Virus genome (UHGV): UHGV-0177318
Reading direction: 5' to 3' (one strand)
From: a virus
Length of the DNA: 47,797 nucleotides
Made by a program: the position numbers and the translations under genes. How positions within the stretch are numbered: position 1 is the stretch's first letter; each line of letters opens with the position of its first letter. Under the pieces are notes generated by a model. That model saw only the letters and a program-made list of their open reading frames with translations. It did not search any database and was not told where the DNA came from. This document shows, piece after piece, positions 26,150 through 34,354 of the stretch.

Positions 26150-26211
26150 CATTTTTTGCAAAATCCGCACTATATACATCAATGAGTTACGGGTAGGTTT
26201 TTCCCCATACA

Positions 26212-27405
26212 TCACCCGGCTTTAAAGACAATTTCAGCATGAGGAACTTCTACCCATTCCACATGGTTCTGGGTATAAACTTTTGTCGATTTTGCATCAC
26301 TATGGGCCATCCTTGCCTGCGGATCGATACCTTGTCTTTCGAAAATATGAGCCGCCAGCGCTCTAATCTCGTGGAAAGTTGGCCTTTCTTTGATAGGTAA
26401 TTCTGCCGCTACACCTATCCGGTCCCGCAGCTCTGAAAATGCCCTGCTCAAATAATCAGGGGCCACCTGTGTTGGGTGGTTAACTTCCTTGCTTATCGGA
26501 TTGCTTCTCTTTTCCAGAAGCCGGTGAATAACATAAGGACTGGCCACATTGTCTCTGCTGTTGTCGATGATCTCTTTCAGGGCCCTGCCGATCGGAATAG
26601 CGACGTGTGAAGCCTCTTTGTGCTGCACTTTTTGCCGATGAATGTAAAGCGTTCCGAATATGCCAGCCTCCTCCTGATCGAACCATACACAGCCGCAAAC
26701 CCCTTCTTGAGGTTCCTTGATCGAGTACCGGATCCGGGAAACTTCCAGGCGCGCTTGCGTAGTTTGTATGGCAAGGTCCATTGCAGTCTTCAGCCAAGGT
26801 TCAGCAGCTGCATGTATGGCCAGGAACTGTTCCAAAGTAAGTCGCCGGCGGACCTTTTTATCGACACGCCGCATTTTTTTCCGTGTTGCAGGGTTATCCA
26901 TCATTAGCGATTCATCAACAGCATAAGAGAATAGCTTTTTCAGGAAGCTAACTTTTCGGTTCTGAACATTGGCCGACGATTCAGAATGGTAATTTCGTAT
27001 GTAGGCATTTACGTGCTCAAGCTCAATATCGCATGCGGGTATGTTATTAAAAAATTCTTTAACCCTGATGGCATCATTATTCCAATCGTCAAGTGTGCTT
27101 TTAGACGGCTGCTCATCTTTGATTGCTCTCTCCATAATGCGATCAACATGTTCAGAAAACGGGTGGGCTTCACCATTCAGCCCTCCCGATTCCCGAATTA
27201 ATGAATCTATCGATGGTGTATTTTCAGGGCGCATCCTCAGGTTATATTCTCGGGCGATGGCGATAGCCATTACTCGATCCGAACCGAGAGTTTTCTTTTT
27301 CCCAGTTATAAGCGTGAACTTATACACGCCACGATCTTTATCAAAAAAAAGATAATCAGGAAGGTGGCGGTATTCTTTTTTTCGTGGCCTTGCTGCCATG
27401 GTCAA
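26212..27405 (-). CDS. int: Tyrosine integrase
   Basis: 397 aa. C-terminal catalytic region TFHEIRALAAHIFERQG...AHSDAKSTKVYTQNH (H-x-x-R ... Y). Adjacent to attP and xis. Confidence 0.92.
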   Translation of the reverse strand: MTMAARPRKKEYRHLPDYLFFDKDRGVYKFTLITGKKKTLGSDRVMAIAIAREYNLRMRPENTPSIDSLIRESGGLNGEAHPFSEHVDRIMERAIKDEQPSKSTLDDWNNDAIRVKEFFNNIPACDIELEHVNAYIRNYHSESSANVQNRKVSFLKKLFSYAVDESLMMDNPATRKKMRRVDKKVRRRLTLEQFLAIHAAAEPWLKTAMDLAIQTTQARLEVSRIRYSIKEPQEGVCGCVWFDQEEAGIFGTLYIHRQKVQHKEASHVAIPIGRALKEIIDNSRDNVASPYVIHRLLEKRSNPISKEVNHPTQVAPDYLSRAFSELRDRIGVAAELPIKERPTFHEIRALAAHIFERQGIDPQARMAHSDAKSTKVYTQNHVEWVEVPHAEIVFKAG

Positions 27406-27611
27406 CCCTCAATTATTAACTGACGTACCGCCTGATTAACAATTGAGTCAACTCCCCACTTTTCGGTTTCATAGACAAAAACTGAACCATCTACAATCCT
27501 TCCCATGAGTAATCCGTTTTCGACCCAACGTTTAATTGTACGGTTGTCAGGAATGGAGTCTTTGGTAAATTCGCGCTTACTCCAGAGACTCGCTTTCATT
27601 AGCTTTGCCAT
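27402..27611 (-). CDS. xis: Excisionase
   Basis: 69 aa from MAKLMKASLWSKREFTKDSIPDNRTIKRWVENGLLMGRIVDGSVFVYE, a lambda Xis-like winged helix. Its stop overlaps the int start. An SD (AAGGA) precedes this ATG; the track start at 27695 overlaps the upstream gene. Confidence 0.75.
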   Translation of the reverse strand: MAKLMKASLWSKREFTKDSIPDNRTIKRWVENGLLMGRIVDGSVFVYETEKWGVDSIVNQAVRQLIIEG

Positions 27612-27655
27612 GGTTTCCTTCTCCATAAAGCCCGGCTGCACCCGGGCTGAGTGGT

Positions 27656-28228
27656 TTACTCGTTGGTGCTGGTGGCAGGGATAATTTTCTGCCAAATTGC
27701 TGACACATATTTTGCCTGATGGCGCGCATCAGCCAGGGCGTTGTGAACATCGCCAATGAAAGGCATGTCACGCTTCGGATCGAAACCAACACTGCGACCG
27801 AGGGTAACAATCGTGCGTACATCATGATCGTTCCAAAATTCCCAAGGGCATATGCGTCCGGCGCGTTCGTAAGCTCCGCGCAGAATCACATTGTCAAAGG
27901 TGGCCCCGTTACCCCAGACCTTCATGTATTTGAGATTATATGCATGCCGGTGAATGAAATGGCTAAGTTCCGACAGTGCATCAGTGATAGGCATCGCATC
28001 ATCAACACAAATAGCTGAGCGCGCTTCAGGGCTTTGTTTTAGCCACCAAAGAATTGTATCTCCATCCGGTACCGCGCCTTGAGCCATTGCGCTTTCAAGC
28101 GAGACGGCCGTGTAAAATTCTTGGCCAAGTTCACCTGTTTGGGGGTTAAAAAAGACGGCACCAATTGAGACGATCGGCGCGTTTGGCTTTTTCCCCATTG
28201 ATTCGAGGTCAATCATTAAATCGTTCAT
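27656..28228 (-). CDS. DEDD-family 3'-5' exonuclease
   Basis: 190 aa. MIDLESMG (Exo I D-x-E), WGNGATFDNVIL (Exo II), HNALADARHQA (Exo III, DEDDh). Confidence 0.75.
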   Translation of the reverse strand: MNDLMIDLESMGKKPNAPIVSIGAVFFNPQTGELGQEFYTAVSLESAMAQGAVPDGDTILWWLKQSPEARSAICVDDAMPITDALSELSHFIHRHAYNLKYMKVWGNGATFDNVILRGAYERAGRICPWEFWNDHDVRTIVTLGRSVGFDPKRDMPFIGDVHNALADARHQAKYVSAIWQKIIPATSTNE

Positions 28229-28230
28229 CG

Positions 28231-28407
28231 TTAGCTCTCAAATTTCCATGAATGGTTTATTACTTCAGTGGCATCGCCACGGCAGGGGTTATCTAATTTT
28301 TGTCCACCACACTGCCCGTACTCGACGTCTACCCAATCTGATATGTCGCTATCGGTAGCGTGATCCGGAACATCAATATCGATGGTTATGATGATTGTCT
28401 TAGGCAT
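28231..28407 (-). CDS. Hypothetical 58-aa protein (below the track cut-off)
   Basis: MPKTIIITIDIDVPDHATDSDISDWVDVEYGQCGGQKLDNPCRGDATEVINHSWKFES. The start overlaps the upstream stop (TGATG), and the stop lies 2 nt before the exonuclease start. Confidence 0.5.
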   Translation of the reverse strand: MPKTIIITIDIDVPDHATDSDISDWVDVEYGQCGGQKLDNPCRGDATEVINHSWKFES

Positions 28408-28646
28408 CAGGCATCATCCTCTTTATGGAAATTTACCCATTCAGTGTCCTCAGGTATTCCAGGGGATAGTAAAGGGTTTGTTGCAGCCAGCATTTCACCG
28501 GCTGCACCACTCCGCTGGATTCGGCGAAGCACTTCATAAATCTCGAACATCTCTATTCGTTCATCGCCTATGTCCAGCTCACAGGCCAACTTATGGCATT
28601 CACCGGCCAGCACCGCTACCTTCTGGAGGAATTCTGATTTAGTCAC
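28407..28646 (-). CDS. Hypothetical protein
   Basis: I prefer GTG 28646, preceded by AGGAGG with a 7-nt spacer and overlapping the upstream stop (GTGA). This gives 79 aa. The track start at 28694 overlaps the upstream gene by 52 nt. Confidence 0.55.
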   Translation of the reverse strand: MTKSEFLQKVAVLAGECHKLACELDIGDERIEMFEIYEVLRRIQRSGAAGEMLAATNPLLSPGIPEDTEWVNFHKEDDA

Positions 28647-29239
28647 AGCTTCACCTCCTGTTGTGGTGCTGCTGAGATCATCGCTGCCCAGCATAACTTG
28701 GCCCGATGCGCCGCTTGTTCGCAGCTACTCATTTTCTGATACGCCTCCCACACTTCAGATTTACTGAAGAATTCGTCTGGCTCCGACTCGAAGCCTTCGA
28801 TAACCATCTTCTCCGTCGGCACAATCGGTACCAGTTTCCAACCATCCGGAATCACCGGAGAGTTGCTGCAGCGCGAATCGGCATTTGAGGGCAAAGAATC
28901 TAATGCTGACGCGGGCTGCATGGTGCAGCGCGACTCGGTGTTTTCGGCACCCAGATGTATGGCGGTGCGGCAGGCGCTCCAGATTTTCTGTGCCAAAAAT
29001 TTATCCCCGATGTTATGCGCCAGAAGACTGACAATCTGACCAGCCAGACCTTTTGGCATTTCTTCTGGCAATACCGGCGTTGGCGGGGCGGTGTAAAGCA
29101 TCACTTGGCGGTGCGGATCAGCAAATTTATTGGCCTCACCACCAATAGCAAACAGATAGCCGCTGCCTCCATTCTTTACATCACGCAATTCATCCCCATC
29201 AGTCCACGCCACAGGCTCCACTTCAAGTGACGCCAGCAC
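28643..29239 (-). CDS. Hypothetical protein (possibly the 3' part of a frameshifted larger gene)
   Basis: 198 aa from a GTG start. The same frame is open and protein-like for 28 codons upstream with no start codon (see findings). Confidence 0.55.
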   Translation of the reverse strand: MLASLEVEPVAWTDGDELRDVKNGGSGYLFAIGGEANKFADPHRQVMLYTAPPTPVLPEEMPKGLAGQIVSLLAHNIGDKFLAQKIWSACRTAIHLGAENTESRCTMQPASALDSLPSNADSRCSNSPVIPDGWKLVPIVPTEKMVIEGFESEPDEFFSKSEVWEAYQKMSSCEQAAHRAKLCWAAMISAAPQQEVKL

Positions 29240-29356
29240 ACGCTTAGCCAGCCAGCATTTCTCTTCGTCACCGTATGGATGGCCGCTATTTCTTTGAGGC
29301 GGCCAGTGCTTATATCGCCGCCGTCAGCGCGAAAAGGTTTAGGTGTTGATGGGCAG

Positions 29357-29713
29357 TTAGTCATTCCAGGCCTCCAGCTCGTTCTGAATCTCTTCGTCTA
29401 TTTCGTCGTTGCTGGCCTCTTCATTGAGGTAGCTCAGTGCTTCTTTCCTGTACTGCTCACGACGGCTGCTGTCGTACCAAACTGAGAATTCTGGAGACCA
29501 GCCACGGTCATCGCCGTTTTCAGCAAAAAAATCATGCATTGCGTTGTTATAGGCCAGGCTCTCTACCATGCATTCAGCAGTTGTCAGGGCGCATTCACGG
29601 ATATAGCCGCGGAGATCGCGCTTATTCCACCACGGACTCACCTTCGAATCACAAAGGCCTTTGAACTCAACTTCCCAGCGGCGGATACAGCGTGCATTTA
29701 ATGATTTGCTCAT
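29357..29713 (-). CDS. Hypothetical protein
   Basis: 118 aa with an acidic C-terminus. ATGA coupling to the upstream ORF. Confidence 0.55.
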   Translation of the reverse strand: MSKSLNARCIRRWEVEFKGLCDSKVSPWWNKRDLRGYIRECALTTAECMVESLAYNNAMHDFFAENGDDRGWSPEFSVWYDSSRREQYRKEALSYLNEEASNDEIDEEIQNELEAWND

Positions 29714-29922
29714 GCTGCACCACCTTCGATCGGCTTTATACTGCTCAGAATCAAACGGCGTGATGTCAGCGGTGCGCCGCTTCGGCGGCCATCTTCTTTC
29801 CGGTAAGTTTCAGTGCGACCAACACACCAGGTCGTTGGAGTCTCGCGCAACTGCACGGTTTTCTCGCCATCTTTGGTGATGATGGTTCCGGTATGGGTTT
29901 TTATTTTCTGGTTTATTGCCAT
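29710..29922 (-). CDS. Hypothetical protein
   Basis: 70 aa. SD AAGGGG upstream. Tightly packed in the operon. Confidence 0.5.
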   Translation of the reverse strand: MAINQKIKTHTGTIITKDGEKTVQLRETPTTWCVGRTETYRKEDGRRSGAPLTSRRLILSSIKPIEGGAA

Positions 29923-29928
29923 TGTCGA

Positions 29929-30150
29929 TTACCCCTTACGCTGCTTTATCATGAGCTCTAAAACTTCCTGGCAACTGGCGCATGTTTTGCAGCCAGGCAT
30001 TGCAACCCGGCGCGCCTCAGGAATGTCCTCTTCGCATTCTGAACAGTGCTCTGCAGAGACTGCATTCTGATCAATACGGTGTTTTTGTATGGCCAGCTGC
30101 AGGCGGTGCTCTACCAGCTCGTTTGCCTGATCGATGATGTCTGAACTCAT
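29929..30150 (-). CDS. TraR/DksA-family C4 zinc-finger protein
   Basis: 73 aa with CSECEEDIPEARRVAMPGCKTCASC (CxxC-N17-CxxC). Confidence 0.8.
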   Translation of the reverse strand: MSSDIIDQANELVEHRLQLAIQKHRIDQNAVSAEHCSECEEDIPEARRVAMPGCKTCASCQEVLELMIKQRKG

Positions 30151-30650
30151 ACGGCACGCTCCTGGCGAAGTAACGCATCATGCAGTGCCATAGCACCCGC
30201 TTCACGGAGTGCTGCATCTTCATAACTGATGCCGTTCGAATCCATGATGCAGTCCCTATCGAGGCACTCCGAGCAATCGTTGAGGGCAGATTTGATAGCG
30301 TGGGCACGCACTTCATCCAGTACAGCGTCGGTCACATTGCCTGAATGGTCTGGGTCGGTGAACTCGATAAGGACTTCATTTCCTCTCTGAAGAAGTTCTT
30401 CATCAGATGCATAGGGGAGTTCATCAGCAGTATTAAGGTGCCCATGATTATACCCAGCTGAATAAACCTGCCCGGCAGCCCATCGCACCGCCTGAACTTC
30501 CGCAGCTAGCGCAGCTACCTGCTTCTCAGCGTTTGACAGTTGAAGGAGGAGTTCTTCAACTAACGTCACACGCATCACTACCTTCTGGCAGTCGTTGCGT
30601 TTAGCTCTGGCGATTGTGCCGCGCAGAGTCGCGTATTTGTAGGTGGTCAT
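30147..30650 (-). CDS. Hypothetical protein
   Basis: 167 aa, 4-nt overlaps on both sides. Confidence 0.55.
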   Translation of the reverse strand: MTTYKYATLRGTIARAKRNDCQKVVMRVTLVEELLLQLSNAEKQVAALAAEVQAVRWAAGQVYSAGYNHGHLNTADELPYASDEELLQRGNEVLIEFTDPDHSGNVTDAVLDEVRAHAIKSALNDCSECLDRDCIMDSNGISYEDAALREAGAMALHDALLRQERAV

Positions 30651-30835
30651 TGGACGGACTCCTGACGAAGATGGTTAATTTCGGCGTCAAGGCTCATTCG
30701 CTGGTCCATCGATTCCGTCAAGGCGGCAAATGTAACGTCCAGGCGAGTGGCTACCTCACGCATCAGAGAGGCTTCTGCTGGTGGCAGTTTCCCCGCCGCA
30801 GCATGGGCTGCGGCTACCAGTTCTTTTATCTTCAT
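30647..30835 (-). CDS. Hypothetical protein
   Basis: 62 aa from MKIKELV, whose ATG overlaps the HD-gene stop (ATGA). The track start at 30844 is 3 codons further upstream. Confidence 0.45.
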   Translation of the reverse strand: MKIKELVAAAHAAAGKLPPAEASLMREVATRLDVTFAALTESMDQRMSLDAEINHLRQESVQ

Positions 30836-31371
30836 GCGAGGCATGCGCGTGATTCCGTAAGCTCATTGAAACGGTTAATGAACAAGCCATATGCCTGGCC
30901 TGGGCGAAGAGGAACAATCTGGATAATGTCGCTGGCCGGAATACCTTCGAGGCAAGGCCAGAGTGAGCCGTCGTCGATATCCAGATCGCGGCGTTCCGTG
31001 GCAAGCATCACCAGATCGGCGTATTTCACTACCGCTGACATATCAGGGGTGATGCTGAATTTGGCCCGGATCAGCTGTTCTACCCGCTCTTCAATGCGAC
31101 GGTAATCTGGAAGCAATGCTTTCAGGGGGGCAGGGATGTCCTGGCAATAGGCTTCAGCTGCGTCATGCATCAGGGCTTCAAAGGCAAACTCTGGCGGCAC
31201 AATTTGGCTGCACAGTACCGAGTGCTGGGCCACGCTGTAAAATTCCGGCAGATGACCGCTGAAGCGGCAGATGTGGGAAAGTGCGGTCGCAATATCCTCG
31301 ATCTCTACGTCGTCAGTGGTTGAATTGAGGTAATCGAATTTCTTACCTGAAAGTGTCTGGATATAACTCAT
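30832..31371 (-). CDS. HD-domain phosphohydrolase (YfdR-like 5'-nucleotidase family)
   Basis: 179 aa. H...HD metal motif (VAQHSV...LMHDAAEAY). It sits next to a DUF2303/YfdQ-like gene, as in the E. coli CPS-53 prophage. Confidence 0.7.
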   Translation of the reverse strand: MSYIQTLSGKKFDYLNSTTDDVEIEDIATALSHICRFSGHLPEFYSVAQHSVLCSQIVPPEFAFEALMHDAAEAYCQDIPAPLKALLPDYRRIEERVEQLIRAKFSITPDMSAVVKYADLVMLATERRDLDIDDGSLWPCLEGIPASDIIQIVPLRPGQAYGLFINRFNELTESRACLA

Positions 31372-31506
31372 CGTATTTTCTTCTCCATATTTGGCAGCTG
31401 CACCTGCGCCAGTTTTTGGTTGTACGAATCCCTCGCCATTGGCGATTAATAAAGGGAATTACGCTTCAATAAATCCCCGCGGCGCCGGGGATTTAATGCA
31501 GAGAAA

Positions 31507-32337
31507 TTACGCTTTAAAGTTACCGATAAAGGTTTCAACCGGCTTGTCGGTGAACTTCTCGATCAGCAGGTCACGGAACTCGTTGGCGATAGCTTCTTCC
31601 TGGGCTTCCAGTTGAACGATGCGGAGTACAAACACCGGTTCACCGCTTTTAAGCAGGCTGTTACGCAGGCTAAAGCGGCGTTCGCCCAGGCCTTCATATG
31701 GCACGCATTTGAACTCGAAGGCGACAGGCATCACGTCTTTACTGCTGGCTTCAACGCTCTGCATCAGGGACTTTCTGCCGCCAAAATCTTCGTCTTCATG
31801 AGCTGCTTCCGAGACTTGTTTGATATTGACGCGACGAACGGCACCAGCTGCCTGCGCGATGGACAACACATTCCCGTCGGCATCAAATGCGCTCAGGAAG
31901 TCGGCCCAGTCCTCCAGCCATTCAGCAATTTCCTTCTGGCCCAGTCGATCGCCATTTACCTGAAGTAGGGCTCGGAATGGCGCTGTCTTTTTGAGGGTGA
32001 TAGATGCGACGTTATCAGCATGGCCAGGGTTAGCCAGAGTACCGATATTGAACACGGAGCGTGCGGTCATGTTGTCAGCATCGATAAAGCATCGCGCTGG
32101 TTCAGCTTCGTTGGCGTAGCCTGCTGCGTAACGCACAAAGTCAGGAATGCTGGTTGTAGTCATGGCACCGCGGAAACGAAAACGCTCAAACTCGAAACGC
32201 TCGAGGCTTTCTACGTGAACCCCTTCAGGAAGCAGGGCAGTCGGGCATGCCGTAACTTTTGCTGCATCCAGGTGGTAACCGGAAAGAACCAGGTCTTTCA
32301 CCTGCTGCAGGGCGTTGCCGTCTAAAATCTGGGACAT
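31507..32337 (-). CDS. DUF2303 (YfdQ-like) family protein
   Basis: 276 aa. The assignment rests on memory of the CPS-53 yfdP-yfdQ-yfdR block and on length and synteny. There is no catalytic motif to check. Confidence 0.5.
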   Translation of the reverse strand: MSQILDGNALQQVKDLVLSGYHLDAAKVTACPTALLPEGVHVESLERFEFERFRFRGAMTTTSIPDFVRYAAGYANEAEPARCFIDADNMTARSVFNIGTLANPGHADNVASITLKKTAPFRALLQVNGDRLGQKEIAEWLEDWADFLSAFDADGNVLSIAQAAGAVRRVNIKQVSEAAHEDEDFGGRKSLMQSVEASSKDVMPVAFEFKCVPYEGLGERRFSLRNSLLKSGEPVFVLRIVQLEAQEEAIANEFRDLLIEKFTDKPVETFIGNFKA

Positions 32338-32390
32338 AAAATTTCCTTAATATGTGATCAAATGGGTGTCAGTGATTTGTCTGCTGCGGA

Positions 32391-32762
32391 TCACTGTGCC
32401 GCTTTAAGCTTTCCGTCAACGCCGCCGTTGATCCCGAACAGCTGCCCCTGATCTTCCTGCAGTATGGTCAGCTTGCCGCCTTTGTTAACCCACATTGGTG
32501 TTTCGGTGGTGTCTTCTTCGGAGGCTTTACCGCGCGGGGTTGGGGTGACGTAGTTCAGCTTGTGCTTGATCTTGACGCGCTTCTCTTCGACGGAGTTACC
32601 CATACGCTCAATATCAAAGGTGAGGACTACTTTGCCTTTGGTACCGTTGTTCAGAACGCCAAGCGCGGTAGTGTTTAAAGCTGCCGCGATCTTGTTCATG
32701 AACACGCCGGCATCCAGTTCGCCCAGGAAATCGGGCACTACGGTCATGCGGTCACTACTCAT
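32391..32762 (-). CDS. Hypothetical protein, first ORF of the early-left operon
   Basis: 123 aa with an ATG start preceded by GAGAGGG. Confidence 0.55.
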   Translation of the reverse strand: MSSDRMTVVPDFLGELDAGVFMNKIAAALNTTALGVLNNGTKGKVVLTFDIERMGNSVEEKRVKIKHKLNYVTPTPRGKASEEDTTETPMWVNKGGKLTILQEDQGQLFGINGGVDGKLKAAQ

Positions 32763-32925
32763 GGTTTAACCCTCTCTGAGGCGGCTGCCACCGCCAGTGG
32801 AACTTCTCCATACACAACAGAAAAGGGCACCTGCGCTTCGGCTATGGTTAGGAGGTCCATTTCCATAGCGCCCGGGTGGATTGGGGAATGAGCCCGTCGC
32901 CCGGTGATGCCCTTGTCTCTTGTGT

Positions 32926-32953
32926 AAAAAAGGTGCCCACCGATGTGATGGGC
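32926..32953 (-). terminator. Intrinsic terminator inside the pL leader (second)
   Basis: Minus-strand RNA: GCCCAUC-acauc-GGUGGGC, then acc and U6. Confidence 0.7.
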
Positions 32954-33190
32954 AAAGACTACACACAGCAATGATTTTGTTGTGGCGGTGGTGCCTCCAC
33001 CTGCCGGGCCGGCCAGAACCGGCGACGCTACACCTCAAGAAACGTATTCATTTCAAAAGTTGAAATAAAAACTTGTTGGCCTCGTCACGTGCGCAGAGCC
33101 GCATTACCACAACTGGAAGCGCACTACTTCGGTAACAAACCTGCCCCCGCAGTGAAAGAGAGAAGGAGTGCGCTTTCACGTTGTGCCCTT

Positions 33191-33232
33191 AAAAAGCTGG
33201 CTGTCACCCTCAAGGGGAAAGTGAGCAGCCAG
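33191..33232 (-). terminator. Intrinsic terminator inside the pL leader (first)
   Basis: Minus-strand RNA: CUGGCUG...CAGCCAG (7-bp outer stem plus inner pairs), followed by c and U5. Confidence 0.6.
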
Positions 33233-33299
33233 AACAGGGATCACGTCTTATTGCTTTGGCCTGCTTTTAACCACATCAGGCGCGGTGGTTTGGTGTCGA

Positions 33300-33375
33300 C
33301 AGAAAAAAATCTAACTTAACTTAGTTTATTGGTCAAGTGAAAACATCAAACTAAACTTAGCTTGATGCTTAGAGG
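33300..33375 (-). promoter_or_regulatory. pL / OL region
   Basis: On the minus strand, -35 TTGACC (33336..33331), a 17-nt spacer, and -10 TAGATT (33313..33308). Operator-like elements share CTAAG/CTTAG and ATCTAAC with OR (33309..33315; 33347..33364, an 18-bp imperfect palindrome). Confidence 0.55.
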
Positions 33376-33390
33376 AAGAGCGGGAAGGGA

Positions 33391-34017
33391 TTAGAGTTCG
33401 TACTGAACGCCTTTAACTACGCCAATAATGAGGCAGTTACCATTGATCGGGATGTTGGGGTAGCGAGGATTTAGTGGGACTAAAAATTTTTGTGGGCCAT
33501 CAATGACCAGTTTTTTAACAGTCGCTTCGTTAGTGCCATCAATACGCGCAACAACAATCTTGCCATGAAGGGGTTCGGCATCTGGATCAACAATAACGGT
33601 TGCCCCTTCAGGGATTGTTGGGAGGCCATTTGGATTGGTCATTGAATCCCCTTTGACCTCTAAAGCGAACGAGCTATCCCCAATGCGTAGTGATGTTTCA
33701 ACCCATTTATCAACATCACTGAATAAATCAGCGGCCTTACATTCCGTAAACTGCCCAGCTTGAACCCAGGAAATCACGGGCACACGCCTCATTTTAGTTA
33801 TGAGGGTACCTTCAAATTCAGTGCCGTAAAGAATGTAATCTATTGATGTATTGAAGAATTTAGCCAGCTTAACCAGCGATTCTCCGTTTGGGATATTCAC
33901 ATCCTTTTCCCAATAACCCACCGCTACGTCACTAACCCCGCAGAACTTACCCAGTTCTTTTTGAGAGGTTTTTGTAACCCTGCGTAGGGCTTTAATGCGC
34001 TGACCAACCGTTTCCAT
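33391..34017 (-). CDS. cI: CI-type prophage repressor (XRE HTH + S24 LexA-like self-cleaving domain)
   Basis: 208 aa. HTH QKELGKFCGVSDVAVGYWEKD, Ala-Gly site in SWVQAGQF, Ser/Lys dyad GDSM ... VKKL. Divergent from cro. Confidence 0.9.
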   Translation of the reverse strand: METVGQRIKALRRVTKTSQKELGKFCGVSDVAVGYWEKDVNIPNGESLVKLAKFFNTSIDYILYGTEFEGTLITKMRRVPVISWVQAGQFTECKAADLFSDVDKWVETSLRIGDSSFALEVKGDSMTNPNGLPTIPEGATVIVDPDAEPLHGKIVVARIDGTNEATVKKLVIDGPQKFLVPLNPRYPNIPINGNCLIIGVVKGVQYEL

Positions 34018-34116
34018 GAAAGCACCAAATTTAAAAAAGACTAAGTAATCTTAGTTTTTATTGACCAAAGTTAGATTGGTTATTAATATCTAACCAAACT
34101 TAGCTAAGGAGGCTTC
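34018..34116. promoter_or_regulatory. OR / pR / pRM divergent control region
   Basis: Palindromes ACTAAGTAATCTTAGT (34040..34055), GTTAGAT-N11-ATCTAAC (34070..34094) and CTTAGCTAAG (34099..34108). Candidate pR: -35 TTGACC (34061..34066), 17 nt, -10 TAATAT (34084..34089). Confidence 0.6.
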
Positions 34117-34332
34117 ATGACAACCGACGAGATTGAACAACATTTCGGCAGCACTGAGAAAGTTGCCGAATTTTTTGGCATCACCAGTGAGGCCGTTTAC
34201 CAGTGGCGTAATCGCCCCGGACGCTTAATCCCTAAAGGACGAGCTGCTGAAGCTGCGTATCGAACTGCTGGTGAACTGGAATTCAACCCAGAACGTTATG
34301 GCAAGAATACATCGCCTAACGATCAGAAATAA
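34117..34332 (+). CDS. cro: Cro-type repressor (P22 Cro-like)
   Basis: 71 aa. IEQHFGSTEKVAEFFGITSEAVYQWRNR..IP parallels P22 Cro (VIDHFGTQRAVAKALGISDAAVSQWKEVIP). SD AAGGAGG. Confidence 0.8.
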   Translation: MTTDEIEQHFGSTEKVAEFFGITSEAVYQWRNRPGRLIPKGRAAEAAYRTAGELEFNPERYGKNTSPNDQK

Positions 34333-34354
34333 CCACAGAAGGGAGGACCTAGCC

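Noticed and set aside
32766-33038. A 90-aa Arg/His-rich minus-strand ORF (GRPGRWRHHRHNK) downstream of pL, considered as a possible N-like antiterminator.
   Set aside because: It has a TTG start with no SD and implausible composition (W/C/H/P/G-rich). It contains a terminator hairpin within its own coding sequence. No boxA/boxB-like nut site is nearby. I treated the region as non-coding leader. The same applies to 32759..32971 (although its last 35 codons end in an ATGA overlap with the next gene) and to the + strand ORF 33089..33319.
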